Shown here: piece by piece, positions 36,019 to 43,811 of the stretch
How the letters are laid out: each line of letters begins with the position of its first letter
Position numbering within the stretch: the first letter of the stretch is position 1
Assembly: GCA_034678725.1 (NCBI GenBank)
Contig: JAXDBM010000049.1
Coordinates: 10,878 to 74,877 of the forward strand
Length of the DNA stretch: 64,000 bases
Direction of reading: 5' to 3'
Source of the DNA: Syntrophales bacterium
Lineage (GTDB): Bacteria > Desulfobacterota > Syntrophia > Syntrophales > Fen-1087
The notes under the pieces: generated by a model
Database searches by the model: none
What the model was told of the DNA's origin: nothing
What the model saw: only the letters and a program-made list of their open reading frames with translations
Translations under genes and position numbers: made by a program

Positions 36019-36935
36019 TGAATTTCCTTCTCCGGCGATGCCGGCCCGTCCGCCGGGGACTGCGCTTCCAGAGATGCGGACTTCGTCCGTTTGGACTTCC
36101 TTGCCTCGACCGACTTCAGGCGGTATTGAATGTAGGCATCCCGAAAGGCCACGTAGGGATCGATGGCCGCATTTTTGAGGGATTCATAATCGCCGATCCG
36201 CAGAGAGGTGGCATTCACCTGCTCGAATACCCCCACCGCCGTACCGGCGTACCAGGGACTCAGGTAGGTGGGGGGATCGAGGAGCCGCTCGCCCACCAGG
36301 CCGACGGTGTCGCGGGGACTGGAGGGTCCGAACACCGGCCAGACCAGATAAAAGCCCTGCCCAACGCCGTAGACGCCCAGCGTCTCACCCAGGTTTGTGT
36401 CCTGAATCTGAAGGTCGATCTCCCTGCCGGAGGAGGGATCCAGGAGCCCCCCGATGCCCCAGATGGTGTTGATGGCGAAACGGCCGGCTTCCGTGGCCGC
36501 GCCGCTGAAATCCGCCTGAAGCAGGCAACTGAGAAAGCGGGCGGGAAATCCCAGATTGGAAAAGAAATTTTTTACGCCGATCCGCGCGGGTTCGGGAACG
36601 ACCGCCTTGTACCCCTGGGCGACGGGTTTGAGCGCCCAGAAATAGAGTTTGTCGTTGAACTCGTGCATGGCCCGGTTGAACGGCTCCAGGGGGTCGGCAA
36701 CTACCAGTTTCTCTTCCCGAACCGCGCCGGCGCCATAAGGGTCCGGAATCTCGTCTTCCCGGTATTCTTCCTCCATGGGATTCGTCGCCGAGACGGCGGA
36801 AGTCGCCGGAATTGGACCGGCTGCGGAGGCAGGCGGAGACGTCGGGGGCGAAGACGGGGGAGAAGCGGCCCAGGAAGCGCCGCACGCGGCCATCAGAAAA
36901 ACAACCAGCACGAACAGCTCGATGTAGGATCTCAT
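36015..36935 (-). CDS. mlaA: MlaA/VacJ-family outer-membrane lipoprotein
   Basis: ATG 36935 with lipobox LMAAC. DPLEPFNRAMHEFNDKLY and NTIWGIGGLLD VacJ motifs. Confidence 0.85.
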   Translation of the reverse strand: MRSYIELFVLVVFLMAACGASWAASPPSSPPTSPPASAAGPIPATSAVSATNPMEEEYREDEIPDPYGAGAVREEKLVVADPLEPFNRAMHEFNDKLYFWALKPVAQGYKAVVPEPARIGVKNFFSNLGFPARFLSCLLQADFSGAATEAGRFAINTIWGIGGLLDPSSGREIDLQIQDTNLGETLGVYGVGQGFYLVWPVFGPSSPRDTVGLVGERLLDPPTYLSPWYAGTAVGVFEQVNATSLRIGDYESLKNAAIDPYVAFRDAYIQYRLKSVEARKSKRTKSASLEAQSPADGPASPEKEIQ

Positions 36936-37020
36936 GTAACCGGCCCCGGGTTTTCGCGCCCGCCGCACCCTGCGCATCGCTGTGCTTGTGCTCCGGCGAT
37001 GCGGGTGAATGATTTTGATC

Positions 37021-37614
37021 TCAGTGCGCCTTGACCTTTTTGCGCAGGATCTCCAGCAATTGATCCGGGGTGTTCCTGGCCAGGATGTCGCTGAACTGCG
37101 TGCGGTAATTCTGGACCAGACTCACATTTTCCACCACGACATCGTATACCTTCCATTTGCCGTCCTTCAGAATCATCCGGTAGAAAATGGGGATTTCCTT
37201 GGAGGACGTCACGATCTTCGACTGAATTTCCGCCTGATTGCCGGAAATCATGTTCTCTTTGTAGAAATCGACTCTTTCGTTCGAGTAGTCCAGAATTTTG
37301 TCGATATACGCTTTTTCCAGGATCTGCTCGAAAAGGTTCACGAATTCCGTGCGCTGCGCGGGGTTGAAATGGTTCCAGTTGCGGGCCAGCGTGCGCTTGG
37401 AAAACTCGATTTCGTCAAACATGTCCCTGTAGATCACTCGCAGCCTGTCTTTTTTGACTTCCTTGGCGGCCGGGCTTTTCAGACCGGGATCCCGAAGCAC
37501 CTCAAGCACTCTCTTGACGTAGCCTTCGGCCGTGGTCATCGGCACCCCGGCATAGGCCGGGACGGACAGCAGAAAAATGATCAGCATGCCCCATATGGCC
37601 ATTCGTTTTCTCAT
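37021..37614 (-). CDS. mlaC: MlaC/Ttg2D-family periplasmic phospholipid-binding protein
   Basis: Signal peptide plus the Tol-tolerance Ttg2 pattern (FDEIEFSKRTLARNWNHFNPAQRTEFVNLFEQIL...YDVVVENVSLVQNYRTQF). Confidence 0.85.
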   Translation of the reverse strand: MRKRMAIWGMLIIFLLSVPAYAGVPMTTAEGYVKRVLEVLRDPGLKSPAAKEVKKDRLRVIYRDMFDEIEFSKRTLARNWNHFNPAQRTEFVNLFEQILEKAYIDKILDYSNERVDFYKENMISGNQAEIQSKIVTSSKEIPIFYRMILKDGKWKVYDVVVENVSLVQNYRTQFSDILARNTPDQLLEILRKKVKAH

Positions 37615-37646
37615 GGATAAAACCTCCTCAAACCGATTCCATTGCC

Positions 37647-38126
37647 TTATTTTGTCTTGTTTTCCTTGTCCGGTTCTTTTTTCACTTCTCCAAAGGCGTA
37701 TTTGCTGATGAGCTGCTCGATATCGACGGCCGCCTGCGTATCGCTGATGACCCCGTTGTCGGCCAGCAGCGTGCCGCCGCCGCCCGGGTCGATGCTGAGA
37801 TACTTGTCGCCGATGAGGCCTTCCGTTTTGATGGAGGCGATGGCGTCGTCGTAGATGTTGACCCCTTTTTTGATCTTCATTTCCACAACCGCCTTCAGGT
37901 TTTCCTGGTCGATGGTGACTCGCTCCACCCGTCCGACTTCGAGGCCCAGGATGCTCACTTTGCTGCCGATCCTCAGACCGGTTACGGTTGTGAACTTGGC
38001 GATCAATGTGTAGGAGCGATCACCGAACAGATCCACCTTGCCCAGCTTCACCGTCATGTATCCGACGCAGATCAGACCGAGGACAACAAAAATGCCGACG
38101 ATGGTCTCCATGTTGTATTTTTTCAT
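37647..38126 (-). CDS. mlaD: MlaD (MCE-domain) inner-membrane protein
   Basis: ATG 38126, 4 nt after the mlaF stop. N-terminal TM segment and the MCE domain (GLRIGSKVSILGLEVGRVERV...IKTEGLIGDKYLSI). Confidence 0.85.
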   Translation of the reverse strand: MKKYNMETIVGIFVVLGLICVGYMTVKLGKVDLFGDRSYTLIAKFTTVTGLRIGSKVSILGLEVGRVERVTIDQENLKAVVEMKIKKGVNIYDDAIASIKTEGLIGDKYLSIDPGGGGTLLADNGVISDTQAAVDIEQLISKYAFGEVKKEPDKENKTK

Positions 38127-38130
38127 GCCT

Positions 38131-39375
38131 TCACTCCCCGGCGGCACATTGGAGCCGCCCGATTTCTTTTTGTTGGGATTTTGCGGAGCCGACAATCGCA
38201 TCAATGTCGGCCATGGACTGGCCCTGGGCGATTCCGGCCAGGATCGCAAGTCCGGCCGCCTCACCGGCAGGCAGCTTGCATGCGACTTGCGGCATGGCGC
38301 GAAGAAACTGCTGCTGAAAATCCTGGACGAAGATCTGCATGATGCTTTCCGTTTCGGCAAGATTCGAATAGGGGATCATCGTGATGATCTCATCGGTGCT
38401 GCGGCGGGTGGAAAATCCGCCGATCTTGCCGAAGTGCTTTTCAATGTACAATCCCATCGACCGCAGAACCTCCTGCGCGGCATCATGTCCGACGCGGGTG
38501 GTGAAAGCGTCGAGCCCGGTCAGCCTGAAAACGACCAGGCAGTAGGATTCTTCCGCCGCCGTGTTTCTCTTCAACTGGATGTGATTGAGCATCTCGAACT
38601 GGCGCTTGGAGTAAAGGCCGGTCAGTTCCATTTGCAGCGCTTCGAGGCTGTTGATGACCTCTTCCTTGAACGGATGGTCGAAATTCTCCAGCTCCGCCGG
38701 CGTCCCCTGAAATACGATCTTGTGCTGATAGAGGGAAAGGATGCGGTTCGAGATGAAATAGACATCCGGGATCTCGTGGCTGACGAGCACGGCGGTAAAG
38801 TTGAATTTTTTCTGATACTGGGCAATCATGCTCAAGATGGCGTTTTTCCGGACGGGGTCCTGGCCGGAAGTCGGTTCGTCAAACAGAACGATCCTGGGAT
38901 CGGTGATCAGGGCGCGCGCCAGCGCGGCTCGTTTCTGCATGCCTCCGGAGAGCTCCGACGGAAAACGGTGGGCGGCGTCGGTCAGCTCCGTCTGCTCGAT
39001 TCTGGCCATCACCCGGCGATCGATTTCCGCTTTCGTCAGACGGGTGGTTTCCTGAAGCGGCATCGCGATATTGTCGTAAACGGTCAGGGAATCGAACAGC
39101 GCGTTCCCCTGGAACATGTAGCTGATCTGGGCGAAGGATTCGGCGATTTCCGGCTTCGTCATTTCGTCGATCGGTTTGCCGCGGAACAGAATCGCCCCAT
39201 CGTCCGGTTTCAGCAGACCGATGATGTGCTTGAGCATCACGCTTTTGCCCGAACCGGACAGGCCGATGATGGTGGTGACCTCTCCCTCGTAGATCCGCAG
39301 ATTGACGCGGTCCAGCACGGTTCGCCGGCCGAAGCGCTTGGTGACATCCTTGAATTCGATGAGGGGCGTTTCCAT
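38131..39375 (-). CDS. mlaF: MlaF-type ABC ATPase fused to a C-terminal degenerate GGDEF-like domain
   Basis: Walker A GLSGSGKS, signature LSGGMQKR and Walker B VLFDEPTSGQD (aa 1-245). Residues ~245-405 align to a GGDEF fold (ELTGLYSKRQF...VGHDAAQEVLR...) with STDEI in place of GG[DE]EF. Confidence 0.85.
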   Translation of the reverse strand: METPLIEFKDVTKRFGRRTVLDRVNLRIYEGEVTTIIGLSGSGKSVMLKHIIGLLKPDDGAILFRGKPIDEMTKPEIAESFAQISYMFQGNALFDSLTVYDNIAMPLQETTRLTKAEIDRRVMARIEQTELTDAAHRFPSELSGGMQKRAALARALITDPRIVLFDEPTSGQDPVRKNAILSMIAQYQKKFNFTAVLVSHEIPDVYFISNRILSLYQHKIVFQGTPAELENFDHPFKEEVINSLEALQMELTGLYSKRQFEMLNHIQLKRNTAAEESYCLVVFRLTGLDAFTTRVGHDAAQEVLRSMGLYIEKHFGKIGGFSTRRSTDEIITMIPYSNLAETESIMQIFVQDFQQQFLRAMPQVACKLPAGEAAGLAILAGIAQGQSMADIDAIVGSAKSQQKEIGRLQCAAGE

Positions 39376-39381
39376 GATTCG

Positions 39382-40251
39382 CTAAATCAAAAGAGAAGTC
39401 ACCACGTAATCCGAGATCAGAATCAGCACGCAGGAAGTGACGACGGCCGACGTCGTCGCCAGGCCGACGGCCTGAGCGCCGCGGCTGTCCTTGCGCAGGT
39501 GCGCGAAATAACCCTGGTAACAGCAGACCGTGGATACGATGATCGCAAAAACGATCGCTTTGACGAAGCCGTTGGTGATGTCGCTCATTGCCACGTAGGC
39601 CTGAACGCTGTGCGAGTAGACGCCGGCATTCAAACCCAGCAGCATGACCCCGGAGATGTAGCCGCCGACGATGCCGATCAGGTCGAACAGTGCCGTCAAC
39701 AGGGGAAAACTGATGATGGCGGCGGTGATTCTGGGGCTGACCAGATACTGGAGCGGGTTGATCCGCATGGTGTGCAGCGCATCGATCTGTTCGCTGATGC
39801 GCTGAATGCCGATCTCCGCCGCGATGGCCGAACCGGCCCGCGCCGTGATCATGATGGCCGTCAGCACCGGCCCCATTTCCATGATCAGCGAAAGAGAAAC
39901 CAGTGAACCGACAGCGCCCTGCGCCCCGAATTTGACGAGGGCATAGTAGGACTGCAGACCCAGGACCATGCCGGTGAACAGGCTGACCAGCATGATGATG
40001 GTCATGGACCTCGCACCGATGTAGTAAACCTGCTTCACGACCTTGGAAAACTGTCTGGGCCGCGGCACATTCCAGAGCGCCGTGAGAAGGAAAATCATTG
40101 CCGCGCCCAGAATGTTGACCCGTTCGATGACCGCTTCCCCGATCCGGGCGAACGGCTTAGCCAGGGAAACGCCCGATCCATTTGGTGCTCCGGCTTCCGG
40201 ACCGTGTTTTTGCTTTTCGGTCAACGCCATGAACGGATATCCCCTTGTCAA
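39382..40251 (-). CDS. mlaE: MlaE permease
   Basis: The MlaE/Ttg2B pattern GAQGAVGSLVSLSLIMEMGPVLTAIMITARAGSAIAAEIGIQRISEQIDAL. The start is ambiguous (40251 or 40230). Confidence 0.85.
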   Translation of the reverse strand: MTRGYPFMALTEKQKHGPEAGAPNGSGVSLAKPFARIGEAVIERVNILGAAMIFLLTALWNVPRPRQFSKVVKQVYYIGARSMTIIMLVSLFTGMVLGLQSYYALVKFGAQGAVGSLVSLSLIMEMGPVLTAIMITARAGSAIAAEIGIQRISEQIDALHTMRINPLQYLVSPRITAAIISFPLLTALFDLIGIVGGYISGVMLLGLNAGVYSHSVQAYVAMSDITNGFVKAIVFAIIVSTVCCYQGYFAHLRKDSRGAQAVGLATTSAVVTSCVLILISDYVVTSLLI

Positions 40252-40439
40252 TTATTCTTGGGATGACATGACCGGCCAGTTTGCACATTTATTGAAATTC
40301 GTCAATAGTTTGCTGAAAATGTTTCGGTAAAGTTGTATAGAACCTCGTCATGGGGATTGCGGAGCCGTTCCGCGGCCGGCCGATCGAAGGTTTTTCGGCT
40401 TTCCGGAAAAGAGACGACTGAAGGGGAGAAATATTCGAT

Positions 40440-41492
40440 ATGTCCGAAGCGAAAACGTTGCGCCTGACTGAAACGGTTCACGGTTCCGGCTGAGCCTGCA
40501 AAATCGGTCCGGAGGACCTGAACAAAGCGCTGCAGGCATTGCCGCCGATCTCGCACCCGAATCTCATCGTGGGCATGGAGCACGGGGAGGATGCCGGGGT
40601 CTACAAATTGTCCGATGACCTGGCCATCATCCAGACCGTGGATTTTTTCACCCCGATCGTCGACGATCCCTTCACCTTCGGACAGGTGGCGGCCGTCAAC
40701 GCCCTGTCCGATGTGTACGCCATGGGCGGCCGACCGCTCACGGCCATGAACATCATCTGCTTTCCCGTCAGAAAGATGGACCTCTCCATTCTGCAGCAGG
40801 TCCTTCTGGGCGGCCTGAACAAGATGCAGGAGGCCGGCGTTGTCCTTGTGGGCGGGCACAGTGTGGAGGACGACGAACTGAAGTATGGGCTGTCCGTGAC
40901 GGGTGTCATTCATCCCGACAGGGTACTGTTGAACCGGGGCGCCCGGCCCGGCGACCGGCTGATCCTCACGAAGCCGCTGGGGACCGGCATTGTGAGCACG
41001 GCCGTCAAGGGTGGGGTGGCCGACGACGCACTGCTGGCCGGCGCCGTTGCGTGCATGACGACGCTGAACCGGGCCGCGGCCGAACTGGTGGCGCAGACCC
41101 CCGGGATTCACGCCTGCACGGACATCACCGGGTTCGGACTGGTCGGGCACGCCGCTGAAATGATTGAAAACAGCGATGTTTCCATTCGGATCCGGACCGC
41201 GGACGTGCCCTTTTTCCCGGGCATCCGCGAGCTGGTGGAGAGCGGCATCGTCCCCGCGGGGCTGTACCGCAACCGGGATTTCCGTGCGGGCATCGTTGAT
41301 CCGGCCCCCGGATGTCCCTCGTGGCTGGTGGACATCCTTTTCGACCCGCAGACGGCCGGCGGGCTTTTCGTGGCCCTGGCGCCGGAGCGCGCGGACGAAC
41401 TCGTCCGAACGATGCGGTCCCGCGGCCTCGAGCAGGCCGCCGTCGTCGGGGAGGTTCTGGCCGAGCCGAAAGGCCGCATTCTGCTCGTTTGA
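40440..41492 (+). CDS. selD: Selenide, water dikinase (selenophosphate synthetase) with in-frame UGA (Sec) at codon 18
   Basis: ATG 40440 preceded by AAGGGGAG. Translation MSEAKTLRLTETVHGSG-U-ACKIGPEDL... with TGA at 40491..40493, at the position of the catalytic Cys/Sec in the SelD glycine-rich loop. It runs in frame into track ORF 40539..41492 (AIR-synthase-like fold). Confidence 0.9.
40494..40537 (+). promoter_or_regulatory. Candidate bacterial SECIS stem-loop directly 3' of the selD UGA
   Basis: Outer stem GCCUGCA (40494..40500) pairs with UGCAGGC (40531..40537). Inner hairpin GGUCC-GGA-GGACC (40506..40518). Confidence 0.6.
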
Positions 41493-41616
41493 TCCCGCAT
41501 GGTATTCAAAAATAATGGTTGTTGAATCGGAAAATGCTTTCTGTTAAATCTTTTCCCATTCTTGCGTGCCGCTGATCGCGCGAAGCGGAAGGACCACCCG
41601 TCAATAACGCCATGTC

Positions 41617-42693
41617 ATGAAGCGCATTGAATCGATCCTCGTCAAAAAAGAGGAAACATCACTCAATGTTTTCAAACTGAAGGCCATGGTCAGGGGAAAA
41701 GAGGCGCCGGCCATCCTCATGTACGGCAGCCCCGATCCGGACGCCGTGGCGTCGGCGATGGCGCTGGAGGAGATTCTGCGCCGGACATCGGGGATTGCCC
41801 GGTGCACCCTGATCTCGACGGAGCCGGTGGCCCGCCAACAGAACCGGGAATTCATCCGGGCCATGCGTCTGGACATCGGGCTCCTGGACAAGAGCGACCT
41901 CGATTCGTTCGATCTCATCGCCCTTGTGGACGCCCAGCCCACGTTCTTCGGCCAGTCCCTGGAAAACATCCCCGTCCACCCCCAGATCGTCCTGGACCAC
42001 CACCCCGCCGCCGGCGTCTGGCACGCTGAACTGGCCGACATCCGGCCGAACTACGGCGCCCTGTCCACCGTCATGATGGAGTATTTGCTGACGGCGAAGG
42101 TCAGGATTCCGAGGAAGCTCTACACGGCGCTCTTGTACGGGATCAAGACGGACACCAACAACTTCGAGCGGGATTCCATTCTCGAAGACATCACTGCCTA
42201 TTACCTGGCCTATTCCCGCGCCAATCGCCAGCTCATCCGGCGCATCGAGCTGAATCAGATCCCCGAGAAGTATTTCAAGTATTTCGACTATGCCTTTCAT
42301 CACCGGCGCCGCTATCGCGACCGGGCCATGTGCTTTCTCGGCAAGGTGGAAAGCACCGACGCCTGCGTCCAAGTGGCCGATTTCTTCATCCGGATCGCGG
42401 AGATTTACTATGTCCTGATCGCCGGCATCGTCCGGGACCGTCTCGTCATCGTTTTGCGCGGGGACGGCTACCGTCAGGACTGCGGGGCCATCGCCATCAA
42501 GGCCTTCGGCGGCTACGGGAGCGCGGGGGGGCACAAGAGCGCGGCCCGTGTGGAGATACCGCTGGAGGCCCTGAAAGCGCCCCTGGATGAAGATTTTTCC
42601 CAGGAAAACGTGGAGCAGTTCATGATTCAGTGCCTTCGAAGGGCGCGGAAGCGGGCGCGCCCGTCCGAACCGCCCCCGGCGCAGAATTCCTGA
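41617..42693 (+). CDS. DHH/DHHA1-family phosphoesterase (NrnA-like)
   Basis: The DxD motif (GSPDPDAVAS), DHH motif (VLDHHP) and DHHA1 GGGH-type motif (GSAGGHKSAA). Confidence 0.8.
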   Translation: MKRIESILVKKEETSLNVFKLKAMVRGKEAPAILMYGSPDPDAVASAMALEEILRRTSGIARCTLISTEPVARQQNREFIRAMRLDIGLLDKSDLDSFDLIALVDAQPTFFGQSLENIPVHPQIVLDHHPAAGVWHAELADIRPNYGALSTVMMEYLLTAKVRIPRKLYTALLYGIKTDTNNFERDSILEDITAYYLAYSRANRQLIRRIELNQIPEKYFKYFDYAFHHRRRYRDRAMCFLGKVESTDACVQVADFFIRIAEIYYVLIAGIVRDRLVIVLRGDGYRQDCGAIAIKAFGGYGSAGGHKSAARVEIPLEALKAPLDEDFSQENVEQFMIQCLRRARKRARPSEPPPAQNS

Positions 42694-42878
42694 CCCGCGG
42701 CCCTGCCTCGAAGCGAATCCCGCTTGCCCTTGCCGGACATTCCTGAACATTGTCGGCCATGCGAAGAATCGAACGCCCCGGTTGCTCTGAAGAAACGGAA
42801 GGGTGTCTGAAATGCAGGAACGCGGAGGCGGGATCCCTTTGAGGGCCCTGCTTCCGCGCTGAAGGGAAAGTTTATGTT

Positions 42879-43172
42879 TTAATCGTTGCTTTCGGAAGAT
42901 GTGCCGGACGTATCGGATGCACCGGCGGCGGCATCGACCGGGGGCGAAGCGGCGGACTTTTCTTCCTTGGCCGTCTCGGTTGCCGGCGCCTTCTTTCCGC
43001 CGTAATCCGTGACATACCAGCCGGACCCCTTCAAGTGAAAGGTCGTTCTCGAAATCAGCTTCCGGGCAGGCCCCTTGCAGAAACGGCAGGATTTCAGGGC
43101 AGGCTCTGTAATCCCTTGAAATACCTCAAATTCCTTGCCGCACTTTTTGCATTTGTACTCGTAAATGGGCAT
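42879..43172 (-). CDS. FmdB-family zinc-ribbon protein
   Basis: ATG 43172 preceded by GGAGGTG. MPIYEYKCKKCGKEFEV...CRFCKG (CxxC...CxxC) with a low-complexity acidic/Ser tail. Confidence 0.8.
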   Translation of the reverse strand: MPIYEYKCKKCGKEFEVFQGITEPALKSCRFCKGPARKLISRTTFHLKGSGWYVTDYGGKKAPATETAKEEKSAASPPVDAAAGASDTSGTSSESND

Positions 43173-43194
43173 TCCCACACCTCCAAAAAATCGC

Positions 43195-43731
43195 TTATTG
43201 GCACAGATCGCCAATTTGATATCGATTGCTGAAGCACTCCAGGACCAGATTCAACTCCGGATGGGACGCGGGTCCCAGCATCTCCCGGGTGATCTCGTGG
43301 ACTTTTTCCTCCTCCCGCCGCTTCTCTTCCAGCGGGGCGTCGAAATCGATCGCGCCCTCGTCGAAGCGGATCACGTGCACCAGCTCGTGGGCGGCGATAT
43401 AAAGCATCAGGGGCCCCAGCTTGATGAACGAGCTGGCCCTTTCCACGGCGTCGAGTATCCGGTTGTCCTGAAGGCAGATCCGGTAAAAATGAAGATCCCT
43501 CTCCGGACCGGCCCCGTCCGCCCTCTGGTAGTGGTACTTGCAGAGATGGGCGAAGGCCCGCGCACTCACCTCGTGATGATCGAGATAGGCCAAGGTCTTG
43601 ACATCATAGCGGTATTCCTTCATCCCTTCCGGGCTGATCCGGTAGTATCGCCCGGCCAGCTTTTCGGCCTGCTGAAAGGCGCTGCCGGCAAGAGACTTCT
43701 GCAATGAATTGAAATACATGCCCGGTGACAT
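43195..43731 (-). CDS. Hypothetical protein with an HExxH motif
   Basis: A 178-aa ORF of normal composition containing AAHELVHVIRF. It ends 22 nt upstream of the FmdB-family gene on the same strand. Confidence 0.6.
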   Translation of the reverse strand: MSPGMYFNSLQKSLAGSAFQQAEKLAGRYYRISPEGMKEYRYDVKTLAYLDHHEVSARAFAHLCKYHYQRADGAGPERDLHFYRICLQDNRILDAVERASSFIKLGPLMLYIAAHELVHVIRFDEGAIDFDAPLEEKRREEEKVHEITREMLGPASHPELNLVLECFSNRYQIGDLCQ

Positions 43732-43793
43732 CGCCCCGTTCCCCCGACCATCGATTACGCTGCGCTAATATATGAATTTTTTTCAATCTGTCA

Positions 43794-43811
43794 AGCTTTT
43801 CCTGAATTGCT
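43794..43811. repeat. Left copy of the 18-bp direct repeat (target-site duplication) flanking the IS
   Basis: AGCTTTTCCTGAATTGCT, identical 18/18 to 45249..45266, immediately abutting the IS left inverted repeat. Confidence 0.75.

Noticed and set aside
40302-41150. A 282-aa minus-strand ORF, and the track start of selD at 40539.
   Set aside because: The minus ORF is antisense to selD and low-complexity. The 40539 start truncates SelD and arises from treating the Sec UGA at 40491 as a stop.
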